Made by a program: the position numbers and the translations under genes. Source: a virus (taxonomy: Duplodnaviria > Caudoviricetes). From it: a stretch of DNA of 64,000 bases. The notes below the pieces were generated by a model. It was not told where the DNA came from and did not search any database. It worked only from the letters and a program-made list of their open reading frames with translations. Shown here piece by piece: positions 49,724-59,675 of this stretch (position 1 is its first letter; each line of letters begins with the position of its first letter). The stretch spans positions 15,828-79,827 of IMG/VR virus record IMGVR_UViG_3300025858_000019; one strand, given 5' to 3'.

Positions 49724-52700
49724 TGAACTGTCCAAATAAAAACACCGCAGAATGGAAGTATCTCTCTTATGCAATAGGAGAAGATGCAGCCATGGGAGTC
49801 TTTCATAGAAATGGAAACCAACTCCCGACACTGGAAGAGATATCAACAAGATATCCTAGAACAATAAGCACGCCCAATAATTCAAAGGTAGGTCTTGCTT
49901 TTATGACCTTGGCTGAAGGATTTAAACAACGTCTTGGTGTCGATTATAAGATAGTATCTGAAAATGACATCAAAGAAAATGGAAAGAAGTATCTAGAGAC
50001 TAATCCGGACTCTCTTTCTATTATTGATAAGAATGGTATCATTAATTTTATCAGCGAACGTATCAATGATGAGACTTTATTTCATGAATTTGCTCATCCG
50101 ATAATGAGATCCATCAGAAACTTTAACAAGCCATTATTTGATTCTTTAGTAGAAGAGACAGCCAGAGGTGATCAGGAATGGTTTGAAGGTATCAGGGATA
50201 GGATAAAAGACGAATATCCGGAACTGACAGAATATGATGATGTCAATGAAGAAACATTGGTATACATCATGGGAAGAGGTGCTATGAAGATGAATTCCAA
50301 TATCAGTGCTTTTGAAAAGTTATGGAACATGATATCCGACTATATAAAGACATTATTGCATATTGACTTCAACACAAAAGAACTATCTCCAGAGACAACA
50401 TTGCAGGATCTTAGTTTTCTTATGATTCATGGAACCGGAAAGATAGAACTTAACAACTGGACCGGGACCGAGCAGAAGATGAAAAATCTTAATGACTTTG
50501 AACGTGGCATGATAGCAGATATCAATGACACCTCTACCAAAACTATTGACCAGATGATTGTTGACAATATCTTTAATAGTGCTAACCAGGCAAGACATAA
50601 AGGTAATATAAAAATTTCCGGCCGAAACTTTTTCTTTGAGCGATGGGATGGCGCCAATGGCAAAAGCTGGACTGAAGTGAAAGATATCGGATTAAAGAAA
50701 AAATGGGTTAATGATGTTGTCCTTAATTATATCAAAGAGAGCGACAAGACAGCGCTGACAAATCTTAAAAAGATTATGAATTCTGGAATAAACCTCAAAG
50801 AACTTCCAGAAGATATATCAAAGTATTTTACTCCGATGGCTATCAGCGATCTTGTCCTGGCTACTGGTTATGAGGTAGGCACAAGAATATATAACTTGAA
50901 AGAGTTTTCGGAATTATATCCTGAGTTTAGGAGTATGTATTCTCCAGAAACAGAATCCAATAGTCTTCATGTTATCGTTCATGGAGATTATACAGATGCT
51001 AAGACAGGCAAAAAAAATTATGATATTTCTCTTGTCGATTTAAATCTTACTTCCTATGAAATAGCTAATTCCTACAAAGGAGATAACCTCTTCAAGGGAA
51101 TGAATATTTCTAATGAAGATCTTCGCGCGCTTAACTTTGACACCTCTGATACGGTAAAATGTATGTCTAATGCCAAGAAACTTACTGTCAGTCTCATGGC
51201 TATGAAGATGAAAAGTATCAATCCTGATATCTCTTTTAGAAGAGCTGGGGCCTTGTATATCAACAGGAATAATAAAAGCTATGAGCATAATTCTATTAAT
51301 TATGCCTATGCTCAACTTGATGTATGGAAAAACAATATCAAAAAGTTATCAAAAGATGATGGTTTTGTCAATGCACTTCCAAGTTCATTAGCTTCAGTAG
51401 TTCTCAATAACAGTATCTATAATCAGGAGTTCGCTCCGGATTTTATTATGATGTTGGAAAACCAAATGCTGGACAACAAAAATGAGATGAAGAAAAATGA
51501 AGACCGGGAGTCTCCTACATTGGAACATCAGATAGAGGTATTAAGACGTTATAAGGAAACCGGTGATGAGAATATCCTCTATGAGATGTTACGAAGAAGA
51601 AAAAAATATTTGGAGTTTGAGGCGCGCAGGGCAAAGACTGATGTTACCGAAGACGAACAATATGTCACTATCTCTATCATCATGAACAATATGGTTTCTG
51701 GTTGGAACACAAAATTTACTAATCGTGTAAAAGGAGAAAATGGACTAGGTTTTTATTTTCGTACAATGTATAATGAAGGCAATGAAGTCATTCAAAACTT
51801 TTCATTACAACTTGCCAGGTCAGAAGAGATAAAACAACAAAAGTATAACTCTTATGCTGATTGGAAAAAAGTTCTTACAAAAGAGATGGAGGCTAAATAT
51901 GGCAGTGCTATTGGAAAGATAGAGAAAATATTTACCACTATCGGGCCACAACTGTCAGAAAAGCTTATGAAGTTCAGCGACAATCATCCTAATTTTTATG
52001 TTAAAGACCGTAAGGGTAATCTATTAAAAGATAAAAATGGCAATCCTCTTCGGAAATTTTTAGGAGAGATATATTTTGAAAAGTCAGAAATTACCGATGC
52101 ATTAGGTTTAACAGCAGAAGATCTCTCTATAGGTAAAATGGTAGTCGACAAGATTGAAGAATATGTGAAGGATATGTACCGACATAATATTATGATGGAC
52201 CCTACTGGCTATTATAAAAAGAATGAGAAGACCGGTACCTATGACCTCGATATGGAAAAGATAGAAAAGCATGTCAATGAAACTTATGATAACAACTGGA
52301 CACCAGGTATGCTTCCTTTGATATCAAAATCAACTGCAGAAAGAGTAAACTCAGGACAGATAAAGAGTGCTGTAGGAAACTTCTTTAGAAAGTCTCGTAG
52401 ACAGTATGAGATGTTTGATGATATGCTGGACCAGATCTATGAATATGATGATAGTAGGGTACGTTCTTTATTCGCTAATCAGCTTTATCGTAATAATGGT
52501 TCTATCAATAACCGTAGAGCAAATATGCTTGGCTTGGTGATGGAAGGTGATGGTTCCTATGTCTATGATGAAAGAACTAAAAATACCAACGACAACCTCT
52601 CAGTGAATATTGAAACAATCATGGACTATTTTTCTATGGATGTCATTAATAAGACTATTGATGAACAATATACGGTTCCAGCTTATGAAGATGCAAAAGT

Positions 52701-54198
52701 AGCTATCCGGGCCCGGGCGATCATGAATGGTATTGTGAAAGACGAACAGGCAGACCTAAATCTTAAAAAGCTTAATATTCTTTTTGACAAGACTGTTCAT
52801 GGAAAACATGTTCCTATTTTTGTCAATGAAAAAGGACAGCCTTCCAATATTGATGGTGCTATAAGTTATCTTTCACGATATACTTCTTTTAGTAGATTAG
52901 CTTTTAGTGTTCCGGTCATGATCACTTCTTTTACTGCCAACCAATTTATGGGTGTAGCACACATGTTCTCTAACCAGCTTTCCGGAGATACTTATAATAC
53001 TCCTTCATTGAAAGACTATACTGAGGCTATAAAACTTTCACAGGTGACAGACCGGGAGCTTAGTAGAAAATTGTTTTATCATTACGGTGTTTGGGATAAA
53101 GATATGCAGACTATTATGAACGATACTCGATATAGTAATCTTAATAAATCAATCATTACTGCCCGTACATTGAATTATACTAACTGGGTAACGGATATTT
53201 CCATGAGACAGATTATGTTTATAGCCCAGATGGTTAAAGATGGAACTTTCTATGCTCACAGTCTGGTAGATGATAAGATCGTTTATGATGAAACAAAAGA
53301 TGAAAGGCTGGCAAATATAAAAGACGATCGTAAGCAGTTGGCCTTGAAAATAGCTATCAAAAAAGACCTGATGAAAAATCCTGAGTATGCAAAATTACAG
53401 GAGAATAGTGATAAGCTCATAAGAGCTTATTCTATTGAAGATATCGAACATATAAGGGCTATCACTGGAAAGTTTATCATTGGTGCCTATGGAGCTCGTG
53501 AGACAGCGGCAGGACAATCTTATACTGCATTACAGTTATTTACTAAATTCAAACAGTTTTTAAATACAGTAGTAGAAAATCGTCTTGGTGCATATAATGA
53601 GATAAATTCTACTGGTAAGAGAGTCATTATTGAAGATAATGGAGAATATATCTCTACACGAAAAAAAGCAGCACAGGAGGGCTCATATCGTACAGCGGTA
53701 AGATTACTGATAAACGATACTCCTGTTATACAGGATATCATGAAAAAACTTAAACTTTTTCAGTCGAATAAAAAATATCAAGATCCTCGTAAGTGGAATC
53801 AGCTAGAGGACTGGGAGCGTTACAATGTTATCAGGACTGCATTGGATGTTGCTACCTTCTGTATGATGTATGGTGCCTATCTTGGTATTGGCATGATGAG
53901 TACTGATGAAGAAAAGAAGCAAGGTATCAAGTCATGGAGAATGACAAGAGCTTTTGAGAATGGTATTCTGACAACTATTGCTTTGTCTCCTTGGGAAATC
54001 AGGGATATTGTCTCTGGTGGCCGGACACCTATACCTATCATGAGTACAGTTGCCAGCATGGTTGATATTCTTACCTTCAAATCTGTTGATGGCTCTCTAC
54101 AGAAAGATGTAGAAAACCTAACCATGTTTAGTGGCACCCGGGCTATCATACATGATATGGACCGGTTTATTTTTGATGATGAAATTACAAACAAATAA
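49723..54198 (+). CDS. second large virion cargo protein with N-terminal zincin-like metallopeptidase
   Basis: Likely start ATG 49723 (TAATG overlap; track ORF 49717). CPNKNTAEW..L N-terminus, HEFAH at 50083 with downstream EETLV, hydrophobic C-terminal segments. Confidence 0.75.
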   Translation: MNCPNKNTAEWKYLSYAIGEDAAMGVFHRNGNQLPTLEEISTRYPRTISTPNNSKVGLAFMTLAEGFKQRLGVDYKIVSENDIKENGKKYLETNPDSLSIIDKNGIINFISERINDETLFHEFAHPIMRSIRNFNKPLFDSLVEETARGDQEWFEGIRDRIKDEYPELTEYDDVNEETLVYIMGRGAMKMNSNISAFEKLWNMISDYIKTLLHIDFNTKELSPETTLQDLSFLMIHGTGKIELNNWTGTEQKMKNLNDFERGMIADINDTSTKTIDQMIVDNIFNSANQARHKGNIKISGRNFFFERWDGANGKSWTEVKDIGLKKKWVNDVVLNYIKESDKTALTNLKKIMNSGINLKELPEDISKYFTPMAISDLVLATGYEVGTRIYNLKEFSELYPEFRSMYSPETESNSLHVIVHGDYTDAKTGKKNYDISLVDLNLTSYEIANSYKGDNLFKGMNISNEDLRALNFDTSDTVKCMSNAKKLTVSLMAMKMKSINPDISFRRAGALYINRNNKSYEHNSINYAYAQLDVWKNNIKKLSKDDGFVNALPSSLASVVLNNSIYNQEFAPDFIMMLENQMLDNKNEMKKNEDRESPTLEHQIEVLRRYKETGDENILYEMLRRRKKYLEFEARRAKTDVTEDEQYVTISIIMNNMVSGWNTKFTNRVKGENGLGFYFRTMYNEGNEVIQNFSLQLARSEEIKQQKYNSYADWKKVLTKEMEAKYGSAIGKIEKIFTTIGPQLSEKLMKFSDNHPNFYVKDRKGNLLKDKNGNPLRKFLGEIYFEKSEITDALGLTAEDLSIGKMVVDKIEEYVKDMYRHNIMMDPTGYYKKNEKTGTYDLDMEKIEKHVNETYDNNWTPGMLPLISKSTAERVNSGQIKSAVGNFFRKSRRQYEMFDDMLDQIYEYDDSRVRSLFANQLYRNNGSINNRRANMLGLVMEGDGSYVYDERTKNTNDNLSVNIETIMDYFSMDVINKTIDEQYTVPAYEDAKVAIRARAIMNGIVKDEQADLNLKKLNILFDKTVHGKHVPIFVNEKGQPSNIDGAISYLSRYTSFSRLAFSVPVMITSFTANQFMGVAHMFSNQLSGDTYNTPSLKDYTEAIKLSQVTDRELSRKLFYHYGVWDKDMQTIMNDTRYSNLNKSIITARTLNYTNWVTDISMRQIMFIAQMVKDGTFYAHSLVDDKIVYDETKDERLANIKDDRKQLALKIAIKKDLMKNPEYAKLQENSDKLIRAYSIEDIEHIRAITGKFIIGAYGARETAAGQSYTALQLFTKFKQFLNTVVENRLGAYNEINSTGKRVIIEDNGEYISTRKKAAQEGSYRTAVRLLINDTPVIQDIMKKLKLFQSNKKYQDPRKWNQLEDWERYNVIRTALDVATFCMMYGAYLGIGMMSTDEEKKQGIKSWRMTRAFENGILTTIALSPWEIRDIVSGGRTPIPIMSTVASMVDILTFKSVDGSLQKDVENLTMFSGTRAIIHDMDRFIFDDEITNK

Positions 54199-54208
54199 AT
54201 ATAAAAAA

Positions 54209-55273
54209 ATGACAAATCAATTAACAGCAGCACTATCAGTTATCACTGGTTGCGATATACAAGTAACCGACCAGACAAATTGGAACGGTCAATTCGTACA
54301 GGAACGTTCATTATATCATCTTTATCTTTGGTGGAAAGATCCGGTTACTAATGCATGGACTTTGGACAGCACAAATCCATTATCGGCTTCTTACCTTCTT
54401 AATACGATGAACAATGGAGTTCATACAGTCGAGATCTATGCAGTAGAGAAATATTCTACTAGTAGCTATGTCGCTGTAACACCAGGTCAGATGTATAGTT
54501 ATAATGGACAAGCTTTTGTTTGGAATAATGTTTCTCCATGGGTTCCTGCAACACAGACAGCATTAGGATTATTTCCATCGGCAGTCAATGGTTGGGTGCT
54601 GATGAGTGTTGAAGGATCTTTTCATAATTATGGTGGTACCGGAAATCAGTTTTATACAGGAACGATATCTGTTGAATGTACCAGGACTTTTGACTTGACA
54701 AAAACATCATGTCATAACTGGAGATTAACCAATAACTATGATATTACAGGTATCATAAATGTTGACCTTTATAATCTTAATGATCCTACTACTATCATCA
54801 CAAGTTTTGAATGGAATACATCGGTAGATGAATATATTGATGTTGAAGTGTCAGAAGATGGAATATTTGAACTGGATCTGTCCTATGTCGTCGGTGAGAC
54901 AACTTATCATTATCCGCGTGTTCGTATTCGTGATATCTGTGGATTTTTAGATTGCATGGTAAAACTTGTAAAACAGATATTATGTAATGAGAAGGATCCT
55001 TGTTGCCAATCTTGTTCTGAAGAACAAAAAAGACAGCTTCAGATATGGCGCGATCATCTCAATATGATGATAGCTTATTCGGATGCTATTCAAGCAGCTA
55101 TTAATATTGACCTTTATTATTGCATGAATAATCAGATAGAGTCTGAACCGGCAGAAGAGAACTTACAATATATCATTGAGCTGATAACCAAACTTAATGA
55201 GTTGACAGATCGTTGTGGTGAATGTTATGGTGCTCAGGAAACAGAAGCTACTCAACCTTGTAAAGATTGTTAA
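54209..55273 (+). CDS. Cys-rich structural protein (tail hub/fibre attachment candidate)
   Basis: Likely start ATG 54209 (track ORF 54131); Ig-like beta N-part, helical Cys-rich C-terminus (CGFLDC, CNEKDPCCQSC, RCGEC, PCKDC). Confidence 0.6.
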   Translation: MTNQLTAALSVITGCDIQVTDQTNWNGQFVQERSLYHLYLWWKDPVTNAWTLDSTNPLSASYLLNTMNNGVHTVEIYAVEKYSTSSYVAVTPGQMYSYNGQAFVWNNVSPWVPATQTALGLFPSAVNGWVLMSVEGSFHNYGGTGNQFYTGTISVECTRTFDLTKTSCHNWRLTNNYDITGIINVDLYNLNDPTTIITSFEWNTSVDEYIDVEVSEDGIFELDLSYVVGETTYHYPRVRIRDICGFLDCMVKLVKQILCNEKDPCCQSCSEEQKRQLQIWRDHLNMMIAYSDAIQAAINIDLYYCMNNQIESEPAEENLQYIIELITKLNELTDRCGECYGAQETEATQPCKDC

Positions 55274-55275
55274 TT

Positions 55276-57804
55276 ATGAGCTGTTTATGTAGTCAATACG
55301 TGCAACAAGCCTATACGGATGAGCATGCTTTTATGAATCAGTACTATATTCAGATGAAGGAGTGTATAAAATATAACCTTGATACTGCATATACCCGGGA
55401 ACTATTCGGCAAAGAAGATGCACAGGAATACTATAACAATGTCAATGAAATCCATTACCTGTATTTCCTTCTTAATTATGTTCTAGATGTTTACTATCAA
55501 TGGATGATCAATTATGATGGTACTTTAACACAAGAGATAAAAGATGCCAAGATAGCTGAATTGAAAAGTGAATATAATTTTTCATGTATTATAAGACATT
55601 TCAGGTGTTTTGGCTGTGACATAGGATTTATCATGGATATCTTTTGTTCTACCCCGGCACCGATCGGAGATAGTATTCAATATTTTTGCACATCAGATAC
55701 CGTCTCAAATCTTACAGCTTATGGTACAGATATTCAATGGTATCTATCAGCGACGAGCACTACTCCATTATCATCTTCTACGGCACTTATCAATGAAACA
55801 CATTATTATGCTTCTCAAACGGTAAATGGTTGTGAGAGTCCTCAAAGATTTGAAGTCTATGTTATGATAAATACCATGTCTGTCATTCCGGATAGTGTCT
55901 CTGCATCATCAAATAGTATCTGTAGTGGAGAGAACGTGGTATTAAGTTATACTGGAGGAATATTAGGTACTAATTCTCAGGCTGTATGGTATTCTGGTAG
56001 CTGTGGTGGAACTTTAGTAGGAACTGGTAATAATATCACCGTTACTCTTTTGTCTTCTACAACATTTTATGTTCGCTTTGAAGATCCGGCCCCTTGTAGT
56101 CATAACACATCATGTCTTAGTATCAAAGTCGATGTCAGTGAAAGACCAGTACCTACATTTATAGTCTCTCCTGGTGCTACTATATGCGCTGGTGATAATG
56201 TCACTTACACTACCGAACCCGGACAGACAGATTATCTCTGGAATGTTCCGGGGGTAGCAGGATTTCATTATACTATTATTTCTGGAGGGATAAGCAGCAC
56301 TGATAATACTGTTACATTGCAATGGAACATACCTGGAATAAAAGTTGTCTCTGTAAACTATGAAAATAGTAATGGCTGTTTAGGAGTATCAGCAGCGACC
56401 AGCACTACTACTGTCAATGAATATCCTATCATAGGAATAACATTAAACCCTGATGAAGAAATTTGTTATAATGGTGGTGTTGTATTAACAGCAGATATCT
56501 CTGTTTATGATTCGTTTGCATGGACACATAATGGACATGGTACTCTAGCTTTTGATACTACTTTAGCGCCTGTCTATGTACCAGACATCACTGATGCCGG
56601 AACGACAGTAACAGTAGTTTTGACAGCAAACTATAATGGCTGTATTTCAACGGAACATAGCTCTATAGTGATAGCTCCTCTAGCTGTTGCCGGAACTGTC
56701 TCTGGAGGTAGTACTATTTGTGAGGGAGAGACAAGCGCTGAACTGACATTATCAGGTTATAGTGGTATTATTATCAGGTGGGAACAGTCAGTATTTCCTT
56801 ATACTACATGGACGCCGATAGTGAATATCAACGATACTTATACATCAGGCGCTTTGACTCAGACTACTTATTTTAGAGCTGTAGTACAAGAAGAACCTTG
56901 TGCGCCTTTGTATTCTACATGGACTATAGTAACTGTCACTCCTATGCCGGAGGCTCCAATAGGTAATGCAGACCAATATTTCTGTATTTCTGAATCCGCA
57001 ACAGTGGCAGATCTTGAAACTATCACTATCGGTACTATCTTATGGTATGACCAGGCAACTCCTGATCAGGATCATCTATTACCTCCAGAAACAGCCTTAG
57101 TGGATGGTACTTTATATTATGCTTCTAATACTATTGATAGATGTGAAAGTGAAGATACATTGGCTGTAACAGTACATATAGACGATGTTCCTACAGTGAC
57201 TTTTGATGATTATGAAGATTTTTGTAATGGTCCGTTATCAGTCACATTATCGATATCTGGAAGAACAAATAATCCTACTACTTATAGTATTGTATGGGAT
57301 GCCTTAGCTTTAGCCAATGGATTTATCAATGTCACAGACGCAGCGATGCCGGCAGTGGGTTCTGATTTTAATATTCTTATTCCTGGAGATCCCACCCTGC
57401 ATGGAATATTTACCGGCACTCTGACACCTTCTAATAATTGTGAAGGAGCCGGAACAAAAATAACCATTGAGATCTATGAGACACCAATCATAACTCTTAC
57501 AGATAGTGATTTTACTGTCTATGATAGTGATGCAGATTTTGATATAGTTTATAGTTCTCCTGCAGGATCTCCCGATGAATATAAAATTACTTGGGATGCC
57601 AATGCTATCATTGCTGGATTTTTAGATGTAGCCTGGACAGCATTAGGAGTTTCTCCGATAGTGGTAGTACTTCCGATAGCACCTTTCACACCTATAGTAC
57701 AAGACGTGTATTATGCTACCATACAGGTTCGGAATACAACAACAGGTTGTGTGGGACCGGAGATTAGTATTATTGTTACTGTGATAGAATCTCCTCCGAT
57801 GTAA
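55276..57804 (+). CDS. virion surface protein with tandem Bacteroidota-type Ig-like/PKD-like domains
   Basis: Likely start ATG 55276. About 125-aa helical Cys-containing N-terminus, then repeats such as APIG...QYFC...WY...YYAS.T..(G/R)CES (twice), TICAG..VTYTT.PG.TDY.W and P..Y.I.WDA.A...GF..V (twice). Confidence 0.75.
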   Translation: MSCLCSQYVQQAYTDEHAFMNQYYIQMKECIKYNLDTAYTRELFGKEDAQEYYNNVNEIHYLYFLLNYVLDVYYQWMINYDGTLTQEIKDAKIAELKSEYNFSCIIRHFRCFGCDIGFIMDIFCSTPAPIGDSIQYFCTSDTVSNLTAYGTDIQWYLSATSTTPLSSSTALINETHYYASQTVNGCESPQRFEVYVMINTMSVIPDSVSASSNSICSGENVVLSYTGGILGTNSQAVWYSGSCGGTLVGTGNNITVTLLSSTTFYVRFEDPAPCSHNTSCLSIKVDVSERPVPTFIVSPGATICAGDNVTYTTEPGQTDYLWNVPGVAGFHYTIISGGISSTDNTVTLQWNIPGIKVVSVNYENSNGCLGVSAATSTTTVNEYPIIGITLNPDEEICYNGGVVLTADISVYDSFAWTHNGHGTLAFDTTLAPVYVPDITDAGTTVTVVLTANYNGCISTEHSSIVIAPLAVAGTVSGGSTICEGETSAELTLSGYSGIIIRWEQSVFPYTTWTPIVNINDTYTSGALTQTTYFRAVVQEEPCAPLYSTWTIVTVTPMPEAPIGNADQYFCISESATVADLETITIGTILWYDQATPDQDHLLPPETALVDGTLYYASNTIDRCESEDTLAVTVHIDDVPTVTFDDYEDFCNGPLSVTLSISGRTNNPTTYSIVWDALALANGFINVTDAAMPAVGSDFNILIPGDPTLHGIFTGTLTPSNNCEGAGTKITIEIYETPIITLTDSDFTVYDSDADFDIVYSSPAGSPDEYKITWDANAIIAGFLDVAWTALGVSPIVVVLPIAPFTPIVQDVYYATIQVRNTTTGCVGPEISIIVTVIESPPM

Positions 57805-57821
57805 TAATCTTACAAAGAAAA

Positions 57822-57852
57822 AAAAAGGCCCGAGATAATCCCGGGCCTTTTT
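57822..57852. terminator. bidirectional intrinsic terminator at the convergence of the two transcription units
   Basis: AAAAAGGCCCG-agataatcc-CGGGCCTTTTT; A-tract on the left and T-tract on the right; sits between the last + gene and the last - gene. Confidence 0.88.
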
Positions 57853-58016
57853 CATTTTTCAATATATCGAAAAAAGACAGTTAGTGGTACACCTTGATTG
57901 TACTTTAGCCTATACTTTTCGATATTCTTTTTTTGAATATACACATCTAGCGGTTTGCATACTTGTACACCAGATATTCTATATTCTACCTGATAAATAT
58001 GCACGATGTTTTTCAT
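57852..58016 (-). CDS. 54-aa hypothetical protein (below ORF-track cutoff)
   Basis: Hand translation MKNIVHIYQVEYRISGVQVCKPLDVYIQKKNIEKYRLKYNQGVPLTVFFRYIEK; ATGA-coupled to the upstream gene and ends at the terminator. Confidence 0.6.
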   Translation of the reverse strand: MKNIVHIYQVEYRISGVQVCKPLDVYIQKKNIEKYRLKYNQGVPLTVFFRYIEK

Positions 58017-58717
58017 AAGAAATTGATAAGAGACGATTTATATTCTTCTTTTAGAATAGCAATGATACAGCCTTTCCTTTTTTCATCTTTATGATGTCCG
58101 AGATAGACAGGAATACAAACATTGGAGTTATCATCAAAGATATATCCATAGTCTTTGAAAAGGTCTGTGATTATCTGTGAGGCATTATTAAAGTCAAATA
58201 TTCTCATGCTGTCACGAATAAAATACATACCCACATATATAGGGATAGGCATATCTTCTGTCAAAGATTGCCATAATGTAAGGTTTCTGATATATGAGTT
58301 TTTGCTGTCAACGATATAACGTTCTACTACTGCAGAATTTTTTAGTGTGTGTCTTCGGCCATAGTCACATTCTTTATGACATTGATTGCAGATAGGCTTT
58401 TGTTTAGTTCTTTTCTGATAGGTAGCATTACAACAGGAACTTCTCCCGGTGTATATCTGCATGATCTCTTTGCTGTTTTTCTTTGAAGGTATGTTGCCAG
58501 GAATGAAAATAGCCTTGTGTTCATCATAAAGCTTTCGGAGATGCTCTAGCATTTCTTTATTGAGATATTCTTTGTCGGACTTCAACAGTGTTTCAATTTT
58601 CTCTTCCTGTTCCTGATTTATCTCAGCAAATAGTGAAGGATCTAAACGACCGGCAGTGGTTTTCAATAATCCTTTTTCTCTTAATTTTCTAATGTCTTCT
58701 GCTTTGATTTCTATCAT
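58013..58717 (-). CDS. RusA-like Holliday junction resolvase with Cys-rich insertion
   Basis: FIPGNIPSKKN...F.RDSMRIFDFNN..Q.ITDL...GYIFDDN pattern of phage RusA-family enzymes; SSCC...CNQC insert. Confidence 0.7.
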   Translation of the reverse strand: MIEIKAEDIRKLREKGLLKTTAGRLDPSLFAEINQEQEEKIETLLKSDKEYLNKEMLEHLRKLYDEHKAIFIPGNIPSKKNSKEIMQIYTGRSSCCNATYQKRTKQKPICNQCHKECDYGRRHTLKNSAVVERYIVDSKNSYIRNLTLWQSLTEDMPIPIYVGMYFIRDSMRIFDFNNASQIITDLFKDYGYIFDDNSNVCIPVYLGHHKDEKRKGCIIAILKEEYKSSLINFL

Positions 58718-59112
58718 AATTTATTTTTATCAATAATATTATTCATAAATTTAATTTCTTTAAATGTATATGAATTATTAGCAATAAAACCATATAATTC
58801 TTTTTTATCAAATAACCAAAAAACTATAAAATCTGTAATATCTCTTATTTTATCAAAAACTTTATATTGTCCTATAATTAAATATTCATTTTCATAGTCA
58901 ATTAAATAACCATCTTGAGGAAAATTATGTTTTTCACAATTTATCTTAATAAGTTTATATTTTTTATTAGTTTCTACCTCTGTTAATATAATTGTTCTTT
59001 TCATCCTTTTTTTTGGAAGATTATCAATAAAATCAGATAATGCTTTTTTCCATTCATTAGACATTGGAACAATTTTAAAAGTTACTTTAGAAGGATCTGT
59101 TGAGTCTGTCAT
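58714..59112 (-). CDS. hypothetical protein (very AT-rich)
   Basis: 132-aa ORF with 4-nt overlaps at both ends. Confidence 0.6.
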   Translation of the reverse strand: MTDSTDPSKVTFKIVPMSNEWKKALSDFIDNLPKKRMKRTIILTEVETNKKYKLIKINCEKHNFPQDGYLIDYENEYLIIGQYKVFDKIRDITDFIVFWLFDKKELYGFIANNSYTFKEIKFMNNIIDKNKL

Positions 59113-59675
59113 AAAAGATTCTTTTTAATTTTTTCTAATGAATTAGGATCCTCCAAAAAGGTAATGTCAATACCAAAAGTATTGTTAGCCCTACAGGGAA
59201 GAGTTTCCAGTAATGGTATGAAGTTTAATAGGTCGGCAGTAGAACATTTACCTTTGTCTTTGGTAAGTTCGAAATAGGAATTACTCTTACAGGAATAATA
59301 CACTTTAGTACATGACTGTCCGCGATAGAAACCTATAAGTTTTCCTTTGTAGTGCACCGAACGATACATTTGTGGATGATCAGGATCTTTATGAGTGATA
59401 AGGCCATAGGTATAGTCTTGCTCTTTAGGAGTGATGATTTCGATATATTTTTTAAGTGCTATATCATAATCCAGACACATGTATGGGTTTACTTCAGAAA
59501 CAAACTTCGCCCAGGCTTCTTCGTTCATTATTTCACTCTCTTTAAATTGATAGTGTTTTCTTTTATGAAGTAAGAATGTCTTTACGATTATTAATTCTTT
59601 TTTGTGGATGAGATAGATATTAATATCGTGCTCCAGATTGTTTGATGTGTTATTGTAAATGCTTAAGTCAGTCAT
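59109..59675 (-). CDS. hypothetical protein
   Basis: 188-aa ORF, coupled to its neighbours. Confidence 0.6.
   Translation of the reverse strand: MTDLSIYNNTSNNLEHDINIYLIHKKELIIVKTFLLHKRKHYQFKESEIMNEEAWAKFVSEVNPYMCLDYDIALKKYIEIITPKEQDYTYGLITHKDPDHPQMYRSVHYKGKLIGFYRGQSCTKVYYSCKSNSYFELTKDKGKCSTADLLNFIPLLETLPCRANNTFGIDITFLEDPNSLEKIKKNLL

Noticed and set aside
50960-51260. Degenerate PD-(D/E)xK-like segment in the second giant protein (HVIVHGD...YDISLVDL)
   Set aside because: The (D/E)xK lysine is missing and there is no supporting motif.
141-57855. Many antisense or alternate-frame ORFs in the track (for example 141-587, 1147-1470, 14177-14485, 28765-29166, 57643-57855)
   Set aside because: They lie wholly within or opposite longer, motif-bearing genes and show the F/S/L/I-rich composition typical of shadow ORFs.
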